In this document: one piece after another, positions 6,988 through 15,060 of the stretch
Position numbering within the stretch: position 1 is the stretch's first letter
Layout of the letters: the number at the start of each line of letters is the position of its first letter
Assembly: GCA_041674525.1 (NCBI GenBank)
Contig: JBAYVN010000004.1
Location: 8,203 to 72,202 of the forward strand
DNA length: 64,000 nucleotides
Source of the DNA: Dehalococcoidia bacterium
GTDB taxonomy: Bacteria; Chloroflexota; Dehalococcoidia; UBA2979
Reading direction: 5' to 3'
Made by a program: the position numbers and the translations under genes
The notes under the pieces: generated by a model
The model's input: only the letters and a program-made list of their open reading frames with translations
Databases searched by the model: none
What the model was told of the DNA's origin: nothing

Positions 6988-8568
6988 CTACGCCCTGCGA
7001 CGCCGCGCGATGTATGCCCCCGCACCGGTCAGCGCCCCCGTGGCCAGCGCCGCAGCGATCGCCAGCCCGATGGACGTTGAGGTGCCGCCCACGCCCATGC
7101 CGGTCGCCGCCGGACGTGGCACCGCCGGGGGGCGCTGCGCGGACACGCCTTCCACCAGCAGCCGTGCGCACGCACCGGTGCATGACGCCGTCGTCGCCTC
7201 AGCGCATGAGCCCGCGCACGCCATCGATGTGGTCGTGACGGTCACGCATGCCCCGGTGCACGCCGTCTTCGTCGGCGTGCATGATCCGGAGCACTGGGTC
7301 GTCGTCGTGGGCGTGCAGGCACCCTCAGAGCAGGTCGTGATCGTGGTGGGTGCGCAGGCGCCGTCGCACGTCGTCGTCGTGGTGGTCACGCACGAGCCGA
7401 TGCAGACCGGCGTCGTCACCGAGCACGGTCCAATGCACGAGGTCGTGGTGCACGGCGCTGCACCCGCACACCCGCCCGGAGTCGAGGTCGCGGTGGGCGT
7501 GCTGGTCGGCGTGGCAGGAGGCGTCGTGGTGGGGGTCGCCGTCGACGTCGCGGTCGAGGTGGCCGTCGGGGTCACCGATGGACTCGCCGTTGGCGTTGGG
7601 CTCGGGGTCGGCGTGGGAGTCGGCGTGCACGGCGCGATCATCTGTACGCGGCCCGGGCTGCCAGCCCCGCCACCACCGCCCGCACCGCCGGAGCCACCGG
7701 CGCTCGCGCCGCCAGCGCCAACGCCGGTGCCGCCCACGCCGGTGCCGCCGACGCACGCCGTCGAGGTCGCGGTAGGCGTTGCGGTCGGCGTTGCGGTCGG
7801 CGTTGCGGTCGGCGTTGCGGTCGGCGTTGCGGTCGGCGTTGCGGTCGGCGTTGCGGTCGGCGTTGCGGTCGGGATCGCCTCGACGACGTTCGTCACCGAG
7901 GCGCTGCAGGTCACCGTGGGGAAGTCCGGCACCGGCGTGGAGCCGTTGGCCGATCCGTTGCACTGGTCCACGTTCACCGGCAGCACCGTGGTGGTCGTGG
8001 AGCCCGCGCTCACGGTGCAGCTGTACTGCGCGGGCTGGTTCCCCCCGTTGCCCGACGAGTTGCACTGTCCGATGGTCGCCGCCGCAATCGACGTAATCGA
8101 TCCGCCGGTGTTCGACGGTGAGCAACTCCCCACCGAGGGCGGCGGGTTGATCCCGACGAACGAACCGACGCACTGGTACACCGTCGCCGGCAGGATCGCG
8201 ACGCTGCCGTCGAAGTGATTCGAGATCGTGGCGGTGCAGATGACGACCCCGCCGCCCTTCAGCGCAGAGCCGTCACACTGGTGCACCGAGGAGACCGGCG
8301 CCACCGATGACACGGCCGTGGTTGTCGTACAGGTGCCGGTCCCGGCGAGGATCGCCGCAGCCGTCCCGACGCACCGCGTCATGGTGACGGTGGAGGCGGG
8401 CGAAGGAGACAGCGCCCCGGTGGCCGTCACGTAGTTCACGACCGCGACGGTGCACTTGATGCCGGAGAACATCGACGCGTTCTGTTCGTTGTTGCACTGC
8501 GCGGTGGGGGCGGCCACCGCAGGCGTCGACGTGGAGACGAGCAGCGCGAGGGCGAATGCCGTCGCCAT
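6988..8568 (-). CDS. Large secreted Thr/Pro/Cys-rich cell-surface protein with the same C-terminal PRPAATGMG + TM + ARRRRA anchor motif as the 3379..4278 protein
   Basis: Signal peptide MATAFALALLVSTSTPAVAAP; the start is placed at the internal ATG at 8568, while the ORF extends to 8700. N-terminal region holds about five ~45-aa repeats each containing xQC...C. Then a (PTAT)n linker, a Gly-rich segment, a TP-rich linker and about eight C-x-G-x-C-(Thr-rich) ~12-aa repeats. C-terminus is VPRPAATGMG..IGLAIAAALATGALTGAGAYIARRRRA. Confidence 0.65.
   Translation of the reverse strand: MATAFALALLVSTSTPAVAAPTAQCNNEQNASMFSGIKCTVAVVNYVTATGALSPSPASTVTMTRCVGTAAAILAGTGTCTTTTAVSSVAPVSSVHQCDGSALKGGGVVICTATISNHFDGSVAILPATVYQCVGSFVGINPPPSVGSCSPSNTGGSITSIAAATIGQCNSSGNGGNQPAQYSCTVSAGSTTTTVLPVNVDQCNGSANGSTPVPDFPTVTCSASVTNVVEAIPTATPTATPTATPTATPTATPTATPTATPTATPTATSTACVGGTGVGGTGVGAGGASAGGSGGAGGGGGAGSPGRVQMIAPCTPTPTPTPSPTPTASPSVTPTATSTATSTATPTTTPPATPTSTPTATSTPGGCAGAAPCTTTSCIGPCSVTTPVCIGSCVTTTTTTCDGACAPTTITTCSEGACTPTTTTQCSGSCTPTKTACTGACVTVTTTSMACAGSCAEATTASCTGACARLLVEGVSAQRPPAVPRPAATGMGVGGTSTSIGLAIAAALATGALTGAGAYIARRRRA
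7769..7872. repeat. Perfect 12-bp tandem repeat (GCGGTCGGCGTT) x ~8.5, coding (PTAT)n within the surface-protein gene
   Basis: Read directly at 7769..7872: one variant unit followed by seven identical units and one partial unit. Confidence 0.9.
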
Positions 8569-8785
8569 CGCGGCAGCCGCGGTGGCCCACGCCGCAGGAA
8601 GCGCGCGCAGGCGCACGGACTGGAGAACTGGCAATACGGGTTCCCTTGCAGTTGCGTGGCAGTAGTGACGCACTCCGACGATTCCCGGCGCACTCGGCAC
8701 GGCGAGCGCACAGAGACGTCCTACGTGTCATACGCGATCGAGCACTGCTTGGATAGGGGGTCAGCCCGCCCCGTGCGAGGGCGCG

Positions 8786-9103
8786 CTACTCGAGGCCCCA
8801 GTACGCGCCTTGCGACGGGAAGACGCTGGTGGTGCGCGTGATCTCGATCGGGCCGTTCAGCGTGTCGGCGACGGAGCGCCAGACAGCGTAGTGCGGCGCC
8901 GCGCGATGCGCCTCGATCGCCGCCTCATCCCGGTACACCTCGTAGAAGTAGTAGACGTTCTCGTCCTGCGCGTCCTGCAGCACGTTGAAGCGCGCGCAAC
9001 CGGGCTCGTCACGCTCGGAACCCAGCGCATCCGCCTCGATGCCTTCGAGGAACCGCTGGCGCTGCTCCGGATGGATCCGCGCCTTCACCCACATCGCGAT
9101 CAT
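8786..9103 (-). CDS. Antibiotic-biosynthesis-monooxygenase (ABM) domain protein, ~105 aa
   Basis: MIAMWVKARIHPEQRQRFLEGIE...YYFYEVYRDEAAIEAHRAAPHYAVW shows the ABM ferredoxin-like fold signature. It is the C-terminal portion of a long ORF whose upstream part is not coding-like. Confidence 0.7.
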   Translation of the reverse strand: MIAMWVKARIHPEQRQRFLEGIEADALGSERDEPGCARFNVLQDAQDENVYYFYEVYRDEAAIEAHRAAPHYAVWRSVADTLNGPIEITRTTSVFPSQGAYWGLE

Positions 9104-9192
9104 CGCAACCTCCTGCGTCCCGGCACGTGGCGTGCTGCTGCGCATCGTCGCGGATCGGCGGGGGTGGAGCCAGCGGAGGCGGGGCGGGCGCC

Positions 9193-10140
9193 CTAGACCG
9201 GGATCATGCCCAGCCGGCCGGCGTGGAAATCCTCGAACGCCTGCGCCAGCTCGTCCCGCGTGTTCATCACGAACGGCCCGTACCAGGCCACCGCCTCGCC
9301 GATGGGCTGGCCGCCGAGGATCAGGAGATCGAGGTTTGCGCTCCGGCTGTCCGGTCGCGCGTCCGCGATGGCGGTGATCGAGGCGCCGGGCCCGAACATC
9401 ACGAGCTGCCCCTCGTGCGCCGGCCTGCGATCCGCGCCGAATGCCCCCGCGCCGTTCAGGACATACGCCAGGGCATTGAACGCCGGGTTCCACGGCAGGC
9501 GCATGCGCGTCCCCGGATACAGCGTCGCGTGGATCATCGTGATCGGCGTGTGCGTGACGCCGGGCCCCTCGAGGCCCGCGAGGCCGCCGGCGATCAGGCG
9601 CAGCAGCGCCCCGCCGTCGGCGGACGTGAGCAGCCGCACCTCGCTGCCGCGCAGGTCCTGGTAGCGTGGCGGCAGGAACTTGTCGCGCGCGGGCAGGTTG
9701 ACCCACAGCTGGAAGCCGTGGAAGAGCCCGCCCGACACCACCAACGCCTCGGGCGGCTTCTCGATGTGCAGGATGCCGGAGCCGGCGGTCATCCACTGCG
9801 TATCGCCGTTGGTGATCACGCCGCCGCCCCCGTTCGAGTCCTGGTGCTCGAACGTGCCGTCGATCATGTACGTCACGGTCTCGAAGCCGCGGTGCGGGTG
9901 CCACGGCGTCCCCTTCGGCTCGCCCGGGGCGTACTCCACCTCACCCATCTGGTCGAGGTGCACGAAGGGATCCAGGTCCGCGAGGGAGACACCCTGGAAC
10001 GCCCGGCGCACCGGGAAGCCCTCGCCCTCGAACCCCCGTGGCGCCGTGGTGACGCTCCTTACGGGTCGCTCGGGCGCCTCGACGGGGGGATCCGGAACAC
10101 GCGGGAGGAGCAGGAGATTGTCGACGGTGACGGCGGGCAT
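9193..10140 (-). CDS. Pirin family protein (bicupin, quercetin 2,3-dioxygenase-like)
   Basis: Pirin N-terminal cupin motif HPHRGFETVTYMIDGTFEHQDSNG and the C-terminal cupin. SD GAGAGG 8 nt upstream of the ATG at 10140. Confidence 0.85.
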   Translation of the reverse strand: MPAVTVDNLLLLPRVPDPPVEAPERPVRSVTTAPRGFEGEGFPVRRAFQGVSLADLDPFVHLDQMGEVEYAPGEPKGTPWHPHRGFETVTYMIDGTFEHQDSNGGGGVITNGDTQWMTAGSGILHIEKPPEALVVSGGLFHGFQLWVNLPARDKFLPPRYQDLRGSEVRLLTSADGGALLRLIAGGLAGLEGPGVTHTPITMIHATLYPGTRMRLPWNPAFNALAYVLNGAGAFGADRRPAHEGQLVMFGPGASITAIADARPDSRSANLDLLILGGQPIGEAVAWYGPFVMNTRDELAQAFEDFHAGRLGMIPV

Positions 10141-10316
10141 GGCGTGGCCTCTCGGCAGCGCGGGGGAACTCGGCAATGACGGACGGCTGGGCTTCGCATG
10201 CTGACGTTCGCGTGCCTTCTAGTGTAAATCACCCTGACCGCCCCCCTCCCCCGCGCCTCCGGCGGCCACCTGAAGCGAACTGGGCACCCGTCCCTTATCG
10301 CGCTTGCATGCTATTG

Positions 10317-10335
10317 CTACTATTCGCGATAGTAG
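10317..10335. promoter_or_regulatory. AT-rich 7-5-7 inverted repeat CTACTAT-TCGCG-ATAGTAG 20 nt upstream of the Fur-family gene; candidate Fur/Nur-type operator (autoregulated fur-cbiMNQO)
   Basis: Perfect 7-bp arms read directly from the sequence. Sits in a locally AT-rich island (GCATGCTATTGCTACTATTCGCGATAGTAGGAATG) within a GC-rich background. Confidence 0.5.
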
Positions 10336-10356
10336 GAATGCGGACGGGGAGCCTCG

Positions 10357-10821
10357 ATGCCACACGACGAGCCCGATGTCGCCCGCGCGATCCGCGCCAG
10401 CGGACGTCGCCTGACGATCCAGCGCGCGATGATCCTCAGGGCCCTCCACCAGCTCCCGGGCCACTCCACCGCCGAGCAGATCCACGCGCGCGTCTCCGCG
10501 GACGACCGGAGCGCCGAGATGGCCGTGTCCACCGTATACCGCACCCTGGACGCGCTGGCCGACATGGGCCTGGTTTCCGCCAGCGCGAACAGCGCGGGCG
10601 TCACCACGTACGAGTGGGCCGCGCCGGGAACATCGCACCACCACCTGATCTGCGACCACTGCGGTCGCGCCGAGGAGGTCGACCTCGCGTCGCTGGCCGC
10701 ACTCCGCGCGGAGGTGCTGCGCGAGCACGGCTTCGCCGTGGACCTGCGGCACATGGCGATGCGCGGGACCTGCGCGCGGTGCACGGAGAGACACGAGACC
10801 GAACAGGAGGCGAAGCGATGA
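10357..10821 (+). CDS. Fur family transcriptional regulator (metal-responsive; Nur/Zur/Fur-like)
   Basis: N-terminal wHTH (RLTIQRAMILRAL) and C-terminal metal sites HHHLICDHCGRAEEV ... CARC. Stop overlaps the cbiM ATG (ATGA). Confidence 0.85.
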   Translation: MPHDEPDVARAIRASGRRLTIQRAMILRALHQLPGHSTAEQIHARVSADDRSAEMAVSTVYRTLDALADMGLVSASANSAGVTTYEWAAPGTSHHHLICDHCGRAEEVDLASLAALRAEVLREHGFAVDLRHMAMRGTCARCTERHETEQEAKR

Positions 10822-11519
10822 TATCGATCGGCCTGGCGGCACTGGCGCCGTCAACCGGACCGGCGATGCATATCCCGGACGGATTCCTCAGCGCGCCGGT
10901 GTCCATCGCGGGGTGGGTGGTGGCGGTCGTGGCGGTCGCGTTCGCGGCGCGGCGGGCCGAGCGCCAGATGAACGATCGCGCCGTACCGCTGATGGGCGTG
11001 ATGGCCGCGTTCGTCTTCGCGACGCAGATGATGAACTTCCCGGTCGCGGGCGGGACCTCCGGCCACCTGCTGGGCGGGGCGCTCGTGGCGATCCTCCTTG
11101 GACCGTGGGCGGCGATGATCGTGATGGCGGCCGTGATCGGCCTCCAGGCGGTGCTGTTCCAGGACGGCGGCCTCGTCGCCCTGGGCGCGAACATCACCAA
11201 CATGGGCGTGGTCACGGTGGCGATCGGCTACCTGGGCTTCCGCCTGCTGTCGCCGCTGACGCGAGGCAACGCGGGCTACATGCTCGCCGCCGGCATCGCA
11301 GCGTGGCTGTCGGTTGTCGTGTCCTCCGTCCTCTGCGCCATCGAGCTCGGCGTCTCCGGCACCTCCCCGCTGTCGGTCGCTCTGCCGGCGATGGCCGGGC
11401 TGCACGTGCTCATCGGCCTGGGCGAAGCGGCGATCACCGCTGCGGCGCTGTCGTTCATCCGGGTCACCAGTCCCGGGCTCCTCGTCCCGTCCGTAGTGCC
11501 TCCGGAGAGCGCATCATGA
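10818..11519 (+). CDS. cbiM: ECF transporter substrate-capture component CbiM/NikM (cobalt/nickel)
   Basis: N-terminal MHIPDGFLS signature of CbiM/NikM. Multi-TM. Translationally coupled on both sides. Confidence 0.9.
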   Translation: MISIGLAALAPSTGPAMHIPDGFLSAPVSIAGWVVAVVAVAFAARRAERQMNDRAVPLMGVMAAFVFATQMMNFPVAGGTSGHLLGGALVAILLGPWAAMIVMAAVIGLQAVLFQDGGLVALGANITNMGVVTVAIGYLGFRLLSPLTRGNAGYMLAAGIAAWLSVVVSSVLCAIELGVSGTSPLSVALPAMAGLHVLIGLGEAAITAAALSFIRVTSPGLLVPSVVPPESAS

Positions 11520-11818
11520 CGCAGACTTCGCATCGCAAGCTCATCCTGACGGGCATCGTGCTGGCGATCGTGATCGCCGCGGCGTCGGCGTTCCTCGCCT
11601 CCGGCAGCCCGGATGGCCTGGAGCGCGTGGCCGAGGACCACGGATTCATCGAACGCGCACAGGGGGCGTGGTACAGCGCGCTGCCGGACTACACCGTCCC
11701 CGGCCTTGGCGACGGCGCCGCCTCGACGATCGCCGCGGGCGCGGTCGGCGTGCTGGCGGTCACCGCGGTATCGATCGGTGCAGGGGCGCTGATTCGCCGC
11801 CGCTCGCGAAACCTGTAG
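11516..11818 (+). CDS. cbiN: CbiN/NikN-like small membrane component (PDGLE domain protein)
   Basis: Two TM helices flank a PDGLERVAED motif. Start overlaps the cbiM stop (ATGA). Confidence 0.7.
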   Translation: MTQTSHRKLILTGIVLAIVIAAASAFLASGSPDGLERVAEDHGFIERAQGAWYSALPDYTVPGLGDGAASTIAAGAVGVLAVTAVSIGAGALIRRRSRNL

Positions 11819-11821
11819 CGC

Positions 11822-12616
11822 TTGTCCGCCCTCGCCAGCCTCGGAGAGCGGTACGCCGCACGAGACAGTGCCGTTCACCGCGCCGACGCACGGGTGAAGG
11901 TGCCCGCCGGGCTGCTCACCATCCTCGCGATATCGCTGACGCCCGAGGGTGCGTGGGGCGTGCTGGCGCTGCTGGCGCTGGCGGTCGTGGCGCTCACGGC
12001 GGCGGCGCGGTTCGATGCCGGGTTCATGCTGCGCCGGTCGATCCTCGCGCTCCCATTCGTGGCCGCCGCCGTCCCGCTGGTGGTGACGCGCCCGGGCGAG
12101 ACGCTGTTCGCCGTGCCGTTCCTGGGCTGGGACGCCAGCCGGGAGGGCGTGGTGGCCGTGCTCACCATCTGCGGCAAGTCGTGGCTCTCCGTCCTGTTCG
12201 CGGTGCTGCTCACGGCCACGACGCCGGTCGCGGAGATCCTTCGCGCGCTGCGCGCGCTGGGTATGCCGCGGCTCCTCGTCGCCACGGTGTTCTTCGCGTA
12301 CCGATACTTCTTCGTCATCGGCGAGGAGGCGATCCGCCTGATGCGCGCACGCGAGAGCCGCAGCGCGGCGCTCCCCGGCCGCCACGCGGGGGGCACGGCG
12401 TGGTGGCGCGCCGCGGTGCTGGGTCACATGATCGGCTCGCTCTTCTCGCGCTCGCTCGATCGAAGCGAGCGGGTGTACGCAGCCATGCAGGCCCGGGGCT
12501 TCACCGGGGACCTGCGCTTCCTGGACACCCCTGCGGTGCGCGGCGTGGATGCGGTCGCAGGCGCGCTGCTGGTTGGCTATGCCTTCGCCATCGAGATCGG
12601 AGCGCGACTCGTATGA
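11822..12616 (+). CDS. cbiQ: ECF transporter transmembrane T component CbiQ
   Basis: CbiQ-like multi-TM protein; its C-terminal region (GRHAGGTAWWRAAVLGHMIGSLFSRS...ERVYAAMQARGF) is the CbiQ/EcfT-like coupling region. Non-ATG (TTG) start; the exact start is uncertain. Confidence 0.75.
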   Translation: MSALASLGERYAARDSAVHRADARVKVPAGLLTILAISLTPEGAWGVLALLALAVVALTAAARFDAGFMLRRSILALPFVAAAVPLVVTRPGETLFAVPFLGWDASREGVVAVLTICGKSWLSVLFAVLLTATTPVAEILRALRALGMPRLLVATVFFAYRYFFVIGEEAIRLMRARESRSAALPGRHAGGTAWWRAAVLGHMIGSLFSRSLDRSERVYAAMQARGFTGDLRFLDTPAVRGVDAVAGALLVGYAFAIEIGARLV

Positions 12617-13362
12617 CATCGCCCGCGGTTCCCGCGCTGGACGTGCGCCACCTGCGCTACGTCTACCCGGACGGGACGCCCGGCCTCCAGGACGTGTCGC
12701 TGCGTGTCGAGCCCGGTGAGCGCGTCGCGCTCATCGGTCCCAACGGCGCGGGGAAGTCCACGCTGGCGCTCAACCTGAACGGCATCCTGCGCGCGCAGTC
12801 CGGCAGCGTGCACGTGCTCGGCGAGCCGCTGACCGACGCCACGATGCGCTCGATCCGTGCGCGCGTGGGGCTCCTCTTCTCGAACCCCGATGATCAGCTG
12901 TTCTCTCCCACGGTCCTGGACGACGTGGCGTACGGGCCGCTGCACATGGGCCTGGACCGCGACGAGGTGCTCCGACGCTCACGGGAGGCGCTCGCCGCGG
13001 TGGGGATGGAGGGCTTCGAGGGGCGCGTGCCGCACCGCATGAGCCTGGGACAGAAGAAGCGCGTGGCGATCGCGACCGTCCTGTCGATGGGCGCCCCGAT
13101 CCTCGTGCTCGACGAGCCAACGGCGAGCCTCGACCCAATGTCCCGCCGCGGGCTGATCGACCTGCTCGCCACGCTCCCGCTCACACTCGTCGTCGCGACG
13201 CACGACCTGGGGATGGTCGCGGACCTGCTGCCGCGGACGGTGGTGCTGGACGATGGGCGGGTCATGGCGGACCGGCCGAGCCGAGACGTGCTGAACGACG
13301 GCGCCCTGCTGCGCGCGCACTCGCTGGAGCCACTGTCCGCGCACGGCCACCCGCACGCGTAG
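12613..13362 (+). CDS. cbiO: ECF transporter ATPase CbiO
   Basis: Walker A GPNGAGKST, ABC signature MSLGQKKR, Walker B ILVLDEPTASLD. Start overlaps the cbiQ stop. Confidence 0.9.
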   Translation: MTSPAVPALDVRHLRYVYPDGTPGLQDVSLRVEPGERVALIGPNGAGKSTLALNLNGILRAQSGSVHVLGEPLTDATMRSIRARVGLLFSNPDDQLFSPTVLDDVAYGPLHMGLDRDEVLRRSREALAAVGMEGFEGRVPHRMSLGQKKRVAIATVLSMGAPILVLDEPTASLDPMSRRGLIDLLATLPLTLVVATHDLGMVADLLPRTVVLDDGRVMADRPSRDVLNDGALLRAHSLEPLSAHGHPHA

Positions 13363-13539
13363 CGCGGCGCGGCGCGTCCCGCGAAGCTGCTGCGTATCGA
13401 CACCACAATCCCCGGGGAAGCGCGTGAGGCTCAGGCGCACCGCCGTTCGGGCGGCGACCCGGGCGCTGTGCCGTCAGACGCACGCCGTCAGAGCCCCACG
13501 CCTTAGCCGCCGGCGCCTCAGCCGCCGGCGCTTCAGCCG

Positions 13540-14880
13540 CTATGCCTTCAGGTACGTCCAGTCCGGCTGCTTGAGGGCGTACTTCTCGTCGTAGGTGAAG
13601 CCGCGCCCCGGCTCGTAGTCCTTCATCTTCGGGATCGTCATGTCGTGGCGCAGGTTGCACACGCCGTCCAGGTGCGCCCGGAAGTCATCCGGGAAGCGCT
13701 CGATGAAGGCGGAGATGACCAGCTGCTCCGAGACGGGGAGCGCGCAGCGGTGCCCGCCCGTCACCCACGAGGCGATGTCCAGGATCTCCTCGACGTCGTC
13801 GCGGCGCGCGCGACCGTCCAGCAGCGCGCGCAGGCGCTGCGTGATCTCCCTCGATCCGAGCTTGCAAGAGGTGCACTGGTTGCACGACTCGATCGAGAGG
13901 AAGTGCGAGAAGACGTAGGCGGCCTGCACCGCGCACGCGGTGTTGTCCGCGACGATGAAGCCGCCCGACCCCAGCCCGCTGCCGGCGTTCCGGAGCGCAT
14001 CGAAGTCCAGCGGGGTGTCCAGCATCGCCTCCGTGACCAGGGGACCGGCGACGCCGGGGAATACCATCTTCACCCGCTGACCACGCGGCCCGCCGCCGTG
14101 CTCGTAGATCAGCTCGCGGAGCGTCACGCCCAGGGGGAGCTCCAGGACGTTCGGCTGCTTCACGTCCCCGGAGACGCAAAAGATCATCGTGCCGGGCGTG
14201 GTGGGCGTGCCCTCCGCGCGGAACCACTGGGGGCCGTTCTTCACGATGTTGGCGACGTGCGAGAGCGTCTCCACGTTGTTGACGACGGTCGGGTTGTTGT
14301 GCCGCTCGTCCGGCCCCGCCCATGCGCCCGAGAACAGGCCCTGCATGTACGGCGGGAAGACGCGAGGCATGGGCAGGCCGCCATCGACCACGGAGACGAG
14401 TGCCTTCTCCTCGCCGAACAGGTACTCGTCAGGGCCGTAGACCAGCTCCACGTGGTCCATCATCGGCGTGGCGAACTTCATCTCCTCGTACGCGCGCTCG
14501 ATCCGCTCAATCTCCGGCGCGTACGAGGCCTTCGTCACCACGTACGCCGTCTCGGCGTTGAGGACGTGCTGCGCGATCGCGAGACCCTCCAGCATCCGGT
14601 AGGGGTTGTGGCGGATCAGGAAGCGGTCCTTGAAGGTGCCCGGCTCGCCCTCGGCGGCATTGCAGCAGATGAAGTGGCGCTCGCACTCGGAGTCGCGGAT
14701 GCCCTGCCACTTGATCGCCGTGGGGAACCCGGCCCCGCCGCGGCCGCGCAACCCGGCGGCCCGCAGCATGCCGATAACGTCGTCCGGGTTCATGGAGCGC
14801 GCCCGGATGTACCCCTCCCCGCCCCCGCGATCGAGGTAGTCCGTCAGCGAAGTTACGGGGCCCTGTTCATCGATCAGCAT
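13540..14880 (-). CDS. NuoF-family (complex I 51-kDa-like) NAD(H)/FMN/4Fe-4S flavoprotein, standalone
   Basis: GLRGRGGAGFPTAIKW (NADH/FMN site) and ESCNQCTSCKLG (4Fe-4S CxxCxxC). No nuoE or other complex I genes adjacent. Confidence 0.8.
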   Translation of the reverse strand: MLIDEQGPVTSLTDYLDRGGGEGYIRARSMNPDDVIGMLRAAGLRGRGGAGFPTAIKWQGIRDSECERHFICCNAAEGEPGTFKDRFLIRHNPYRMLEGLAIAQHVLNAETAYVVTKASYAPEIERIERAYEEMKFATPMMDHVELVYGPDEYLFGEEKALVSVVDGGLPMPRVFPPYMQGLFSGAWAGPDERHNNPTVVNNVETLSHVANIVKNGPQWFRAEGTPTTPGTMIFCVSGDVKQPNVLELPLGVTLRELIYEHGGGPRGQRVKMVFPGVAGPLVTEAMLDTPLDFDALRNAGSGLGSGGFIVADNTACAVQAAYVFSHFLSIESCNQCTSCKLGSREITQRLRALLDGRARRDDVEEILDIASWVTGGHRCALPVSEQLVISAFIERFPDDFRAHLDGVCNLRHDMTIPKMKDYEPGRGFTYDEKYALKQPDWTYLKA

Positions 14881-15060
14881 GTGCGCACTCTCCGAGCAAA
14901 CAACGCCGGTTCGCCGTCGCGGGACCAGGATAGCGGTGCGCGGCGATCTTCCTTGGACGCCGACATCTATGCAAGCGACCCGCAGGAACTGGTAGGGCTC
15001 GCCCCGCCGCCCCGCGCTTCGTCGCTCGACCGTGCGACGCGCCTCGCCTGCCCGCCAGCG

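Noticed and set aside
7010-8218. Plus-strand 402-aa ORF and frames encoding (RSAL)n / (ADRN)n
   Set aside because: They are alternative-frame readings of the 12-bp tandem repeat and the Thr/Pro-rich surface-protein gene on the minus strand. The periodic peptides are artefacts of the DNA repeat.
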